From: Candidatus Latescibacterota bacterium
Lineage (GTDB): Bacteria > Latescibacterota > UBA2968 > UBA8231
NCBI GenBank assembly: GCA_965248265.1
Contig: CBDFJF010000001.1
Coordinates: 1,184,001 to 1,248,000, forward strand
Direction of reading: 5' to 3'
Length of the DNA: 64,000 nucleotides
Positions 60,784 through 64,000 of this stretch are shown piece by piece. The stretch's first letter is position 1. Each line of letters starts with the position of its first letter. The translations under genes and the position numbers were made by a program. The notes beneath the pieces are model-generated. The model had not been told where the DNA came from. It saw nothing but the letters and a program-made list of their open reading frames with translations, and made no database searches.

Positions 60784-61632
60784 ATGGACGCCGCTTGCCT
60801 CGAGCACCGCTTGACGGATGAGGAGAGATCTCAATTCGAAGAGAATGGCTTTCTCATCGTCGAGGACGTGCTATCCGAACGGCTGGTAGGCGACCTCTAC
60901 GCAGCCGCCAGCCGAATCGTCTCCGAATATCGCCGCACTCAGGGCATAGATGACAACGTCATGGCAAACCCCTTCGACTACATCGGTCGTGATGACCTGT
61001 TCCTGGACCTGCTCGATTGGCCCACGACCTTCCCGAAGGTCTGGGGGATTCTCGGCTGGCACATCCAGCTCTACCACACCCACATGATGACGGTCCCCCC
61101 GGAGCCACGTCTCGAGAACGGCTACAAGCGCCTCGGGTGGCATCAGGACAGCGATCGCCTCAATCAGGACCTCGAGACCGACCCACGTCCGCGGGTTTCG
61201 GTGAAGATCGGCTACTTTCTCACCGATACTTCGATGCCTGATTGCGGCAGCGTCTGGGTCGTGCCGGGGAGCCACCTGTGGAATGAACTGCAGTTTCCGG
61301 AGGGAGACGAATCCGAGCCGACCGGCGCCGTGGCGCTGCAGGTCCCTGCCGGCTCCGCCATCATTTTCGATCGGCGCGTGTGGCACGCCAGCGGACGCAA
61401 TCACTCCACCACAACGCGGATCGTCCTCTACTACGGCTACAGCTATCGCTGGCTCAAACAGCGTGATGACATGACCGTCGATCACCTGCTGGACCGATGC
61501 GATCCCATTCGACGGCAATTGCTCGGAGACAGTGTCACCGGCAATCACAGCTTCACTTCGCCGAGAGACGAAGACGTGCCGTTGCGCGAGTGGATCAGGG
61601 AACACGCCGGCGAAGACGCGGTTATTCCCTGA
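60784..61632 (+). CDS. Phytanoyl-CoA dioxygenase (PhyH) family protein
   Basis: FEENGFL, WHQD, VVPGSH, FDRRVWHAS. GAGG RBS precedes ATG 60784. Confidence 0.92.
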   Translation: MDAACLEHRLTDEERSQFEENGFLIVEDVLSERLVGDLYAAASRIVSEYRRTQGIDDNVMANPFDYIGRDDLFLDLLDWPTTFPKVWGILGWHIQLYHTHMMTVPPEPRLENGYKRLGWHQDSDRLNQDLETDPRPRVSVKIGYFLTDTSMPDCGSVWVVPGSHLWNELQFPEGDESEPTGAVALQVPAGSAIIFDRRVWHASGRNHSTTTRIVLYYGYSYRWLKQRDDMTVDHLLDRCDPIRRQLLGDSVTGNHSFTSPRDEDVPLREWIREHAGEDAVIP

Positions 61633-61737
61633 TCGTCAGATAGCTCCCGCAGTCCAGCCCGCCTGCCTGGCCGCCTTCATGTTCTCGATCAGCGCGTATC
61701 GTGGCACGGCGCAGGCGCTCCCCAGGACATTGGCAGA

Positions 61738-63288
61738 TCACGAACGTCGCACCACCTGCCCCGGCAACGCACCCGTAATCACGCCTCCCTGCTTGACGCA
61801 TGTACCATTGACGATGACGTCGTCCACCCCGACGGCCAGCTCCCGGGGATCACTCCAGGTGGCGCGATCGGCGACCGTCTCCAGATCGAAAACGACGATG
61901 TCGGCGGCCATACCCTCGGCGATGACGCCCCGGTCCTTCATGCCGAAGCGCTGTGCCGGGAAGCCACTCATCTTGTGTACCGCCTGTTCGACGGACAGCA
62001 CAGCCTGTTCGCGTACGTAGCGCCGCAGAAACCGTGCATAGCATCCGACCCCGCGTGGGTGCGGGTGGGGCACCTCGTAGACACCGTCGCTGGCCACCAT
62101 CATGCGGGGATGCCCTGCGGTGGCCTCCAGAATCGCGTCGTTGTCCTCGTCGGGAGTCTGCCACGGAAAGATGAGCATCTCGTTCCCTGCTTCATCAATG
62201 ATGAGGTCGTATAGAAATTCCTCGCAGCTCTCGCTGACACTGGCAGCGGCCTCACCCAGCGTCATCCCCAGGAAACGCCCGGAACCGGTATTCGAGATAA
62301 TCTGCGAGCCCTTTCTCACCCCGAGTTTTTCGCTCATTGCCGGCAGCGACTCGGCGCGTACCGAAGGGTCCGCCATACGAACCAGCACCTCATCAAGACT
62401 GCCAGCCTGGTATTTCATCGGCAGCATCATGACGCCGTGAGTCATGCCGGCAGGGTACAGGTACGACTCGAACGTCAGATCCACTCCGTCTCTGTCGACC
62501 CGTTCCAGTTTCTCCAGCGTTTCTCCGTCGACTCGCTCGTGCGACACATGCACGGGGATTCCTGCGGCCCCAGCCAGCTCGATGATTTCGTCCCAGGCCT
62601 TGGCCCGACCGTAGTCGCAGTAGCGGAGATGGGCTGCGTAGATTCCCCCATACGAGGCGGCAACCTTGCACAGGGCGACCAGCTCGGCAAAGTCCGCGTG
62701 CGCACTCGGCTGGTAGTCCAGACCCAGATTGAGCGCCACGGCGCCAGCCTCCATCCACTCACGCGTCAGCTGCTCCATGGCCGCGAGCTCGCCGGTGTCG
62801 GGGGTACGCGGCTCCCAACCCATCACCGCCAGCCTCAGAGCGCAGTGGGGTACCTGCGGGCACACATTGGCCGGCGTATTGCCGGGGTACATGCCCATGT
62901 AGTCCTCGATCCCAGGCCAGTCCAGAGAGGGATTCAGATCACCGTAGGCGAAATGCGCGTACTCCCAGAACTCGCGTGCCCGTTGCGGCGAGAGGCCGGC
63001 CCAGCTGAATCCGTCGGGCGCCAGCAGATGCGTCGTCACCCCCTCATGAATCGTCGCCATCTGGTCGCGTCCGCCCACCAGCGACAGCTCCGAATGCACG
63101 TGGACGTCGATGAATCCCGGGCTGACGATGCGATTGGAGGCGTCGATGACGACCCCTGCTTCAGCGGTGGACAGATCACCGATAGCGGCGATGCGATCAC
63201 CGTTAATTCCCACGTCGGCGTCGAAGGGCGCGCGGGTGCCTGTTCCGTCCGCAATGCGGCCTCCGTGAACGATGCAGTCAAACTCCAT
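61738..63288 (-). CDS. N-acyl-D-amino-acid deacylase (amidohydrolase)
   Basis: IADGTG, PGFIDVHVH, HLR, SH, SDG, PHPRG.G, DRG.I.EG.AADIVVFD. Confidence 0.92.
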   Translation of the reverse strand: MEFDCIVHGGRIADGTGTRAPFDADVGINGDRIAAIGDLSTAEAGVVIDASNRIVSPGFIDVHVHSELSLVGGRDQMATIHEGVTTHLLAPDGFSWAGLSPQRAREFWEYAHFAYGDLNPSLDWPGIEDYMGMYPGNTPANVCPQVPHCALRLAVMGWEPRTPDTGELAAMEQLTREWMEAGAVALNLGLDYQPSAHADFAELVALCKVAASYGGIYAAHLRYCDYGRAKAWDEIIELAGAAGIPVHVSHERVDGETLEKLERVDRDGVDLTFESYLYPAGMTHGVMMLPMKYQAGSLDEVLVRMADPSVRAESLPAMSEKLGVRKGSQIISNTGSGRFLGMTLGEAAASVSESCEEFLYDLIIDEAGNEMLIFPWQTPDEDNDAILEATAGHPRMMVASDGVYEVPHPHPRGVGCYARFLRRYVREQAVLSVEQAVHKMSGFPAQRFGMKDRGVIAEGMAADIVVFDLETVADRATWSDPRELAVGVDDVIVNGTCVKQGGVITGALPGQVVRRS

Positions 63289-63383
63289 TGTGGGGTCCTC
63301 TCTACCGTTGGACTCTGTGGTCGAAATTCTTCAGGTTGACGAAGTTACGCCCGCACTCTCATTCATGCATGTGGAGGACGACG

Positions 63384-63420
63384 TTGACAGAGGACCCGCG
63401 AAGTGCTATCGATAGTGCTT
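63384..63420 (+). promoter_or_regulatory. Putative sigma70 promoter with overlapping palindrome upstream of the PQQ dehydrogenase
   Basis: TTGACA (63384)-17 bp-TATCGA with extended TG; palindrome aagtgctatcgatagtgctt covers the -10. Confidence 0.45.
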
Positions 63421-63460
63421 CCACCTTGAATCCGCGCCCGCAACCGAGGAGATCGACACC

Positions 63461-64000
63461 GTGAAACGCCTGACAATCCTCACTCAAGACTCAGTGCTCC
63501 ACTCCGTGCTTTGTTGTTTGCTGCTGTTCGCGCTGTCGACCGGCCCGGCAGCCTCCGAAGTCGACTCGCAGCGGCTCATCAACGCCGTCGAAGAACCTGA
63601 CAACTGGTTGACCTACGCCGGCACCTACAATGCCTGGCGCTACAGCGCTTTGGACCAGATCACGCGCAAGAACGTCGATGACCTGGCACCAGTCTGGGTT
63701 TTTCAGACAGGTACCGTCAAGGGTGGTTTCTCGGCAACTCCGTTGATCGCTGACGGCATCATGTATGTCGCGGCGCCGTGGAATCGCATCTTCGCACTGG
63801 ATGCGGTCACGGGCAAGGAGCTGTGGCATTACTACCATCCCAAGCCCACGGACTACGGCCTCATCTACCCGCCGACCAGTCGAGGCGTCGCCCTCAGCGA
63901 CGGACTGGTGTTTATCGGAACACTCGACAACCGCATCATCGCCCTCGACGCCGAGACCGGCGAGGTAGATTGGAACGTAGAGATCGAAAGCGTCGAGGAG
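63461..64000 (+). CDS. PQQ-dependent dehydrogenase (alcohol dehydrogenase family), 5' part only
   Basis: GAGGAG RBS and GTG start, signal peptide, NWLTYAGTYNAWRYSALDQITRKNV..L.PVW.FQTG, ATPLIADGIMY, FALDAVTGKELW, ALDAETGEV.W. Confidence 0.92.
   Translation, partial: MKRLTILTQDSVLHSVLCCLLLFALSTGPAASEVDSQRLINAVEEPDNWLTYAGTYNAWRYSALDQITRKNVDDLAPVWVFQTGTVKGGFSATPLIADGIMYVAAPWNRIFALDAVTGKELWHYYHPKPTDYGLIYPPTSRGVALSDGLVFIGTLDNRIIALDAETGEVDWNVEIESVEE

Overview
This is a GC-rich bacterial chromosomal window. Latescibacterota/Gemmatimonadota-like origin is an inference, from a FlgD-Ig C-terminal remnant and multiple PhyH dioxygenases. I recognised no rRNA, tRNA or CRISPR array. From left to right: (1) 1-11.1 kb, a minus-strand export operon with an ABC ATPase, a 1122-aa ABC-permease/M1-peptidase-like/golvesin-like protein, TolC, an adaptor protein and two AcrB-family RND pumps. 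(2) 11-30 kb, mixed metabolic genes, including an orphan double-receiver regulator preceded by four tandem TGTGA-N6-TCACA-like boxes, and an archaeal-type AglB/STT3 oligosaccharyltransferase with non-canonical motifs. (3) 30.5-36.6 kb, an XRE-cupin-led operon encoding a rearranged glutamate-synthase/N-methylglutamate-synthase-like complex (GlxB, fused GlxC-GlxD, and GltD fused to a second, degenerate FMN barrel). It converges on a permuted flavoreductase fused to a membrane NapH/ferredoxin domain. (4) 39-58.4 kb, a mosaic, partly decayed surface-glycan modification island with a damaged IS630, integrase and FlgD remnants and many tailoring enzymes. (5) 58.5-64 kb, amidase, PLP enzyme, dioxygenase, deacylase and the start of a PQQ dehydrogenase. 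The best candidates for undescribed systems are the Glx/GltD operon and the variant AglB. All family calls come from motif recognition by eye; no database search was run.
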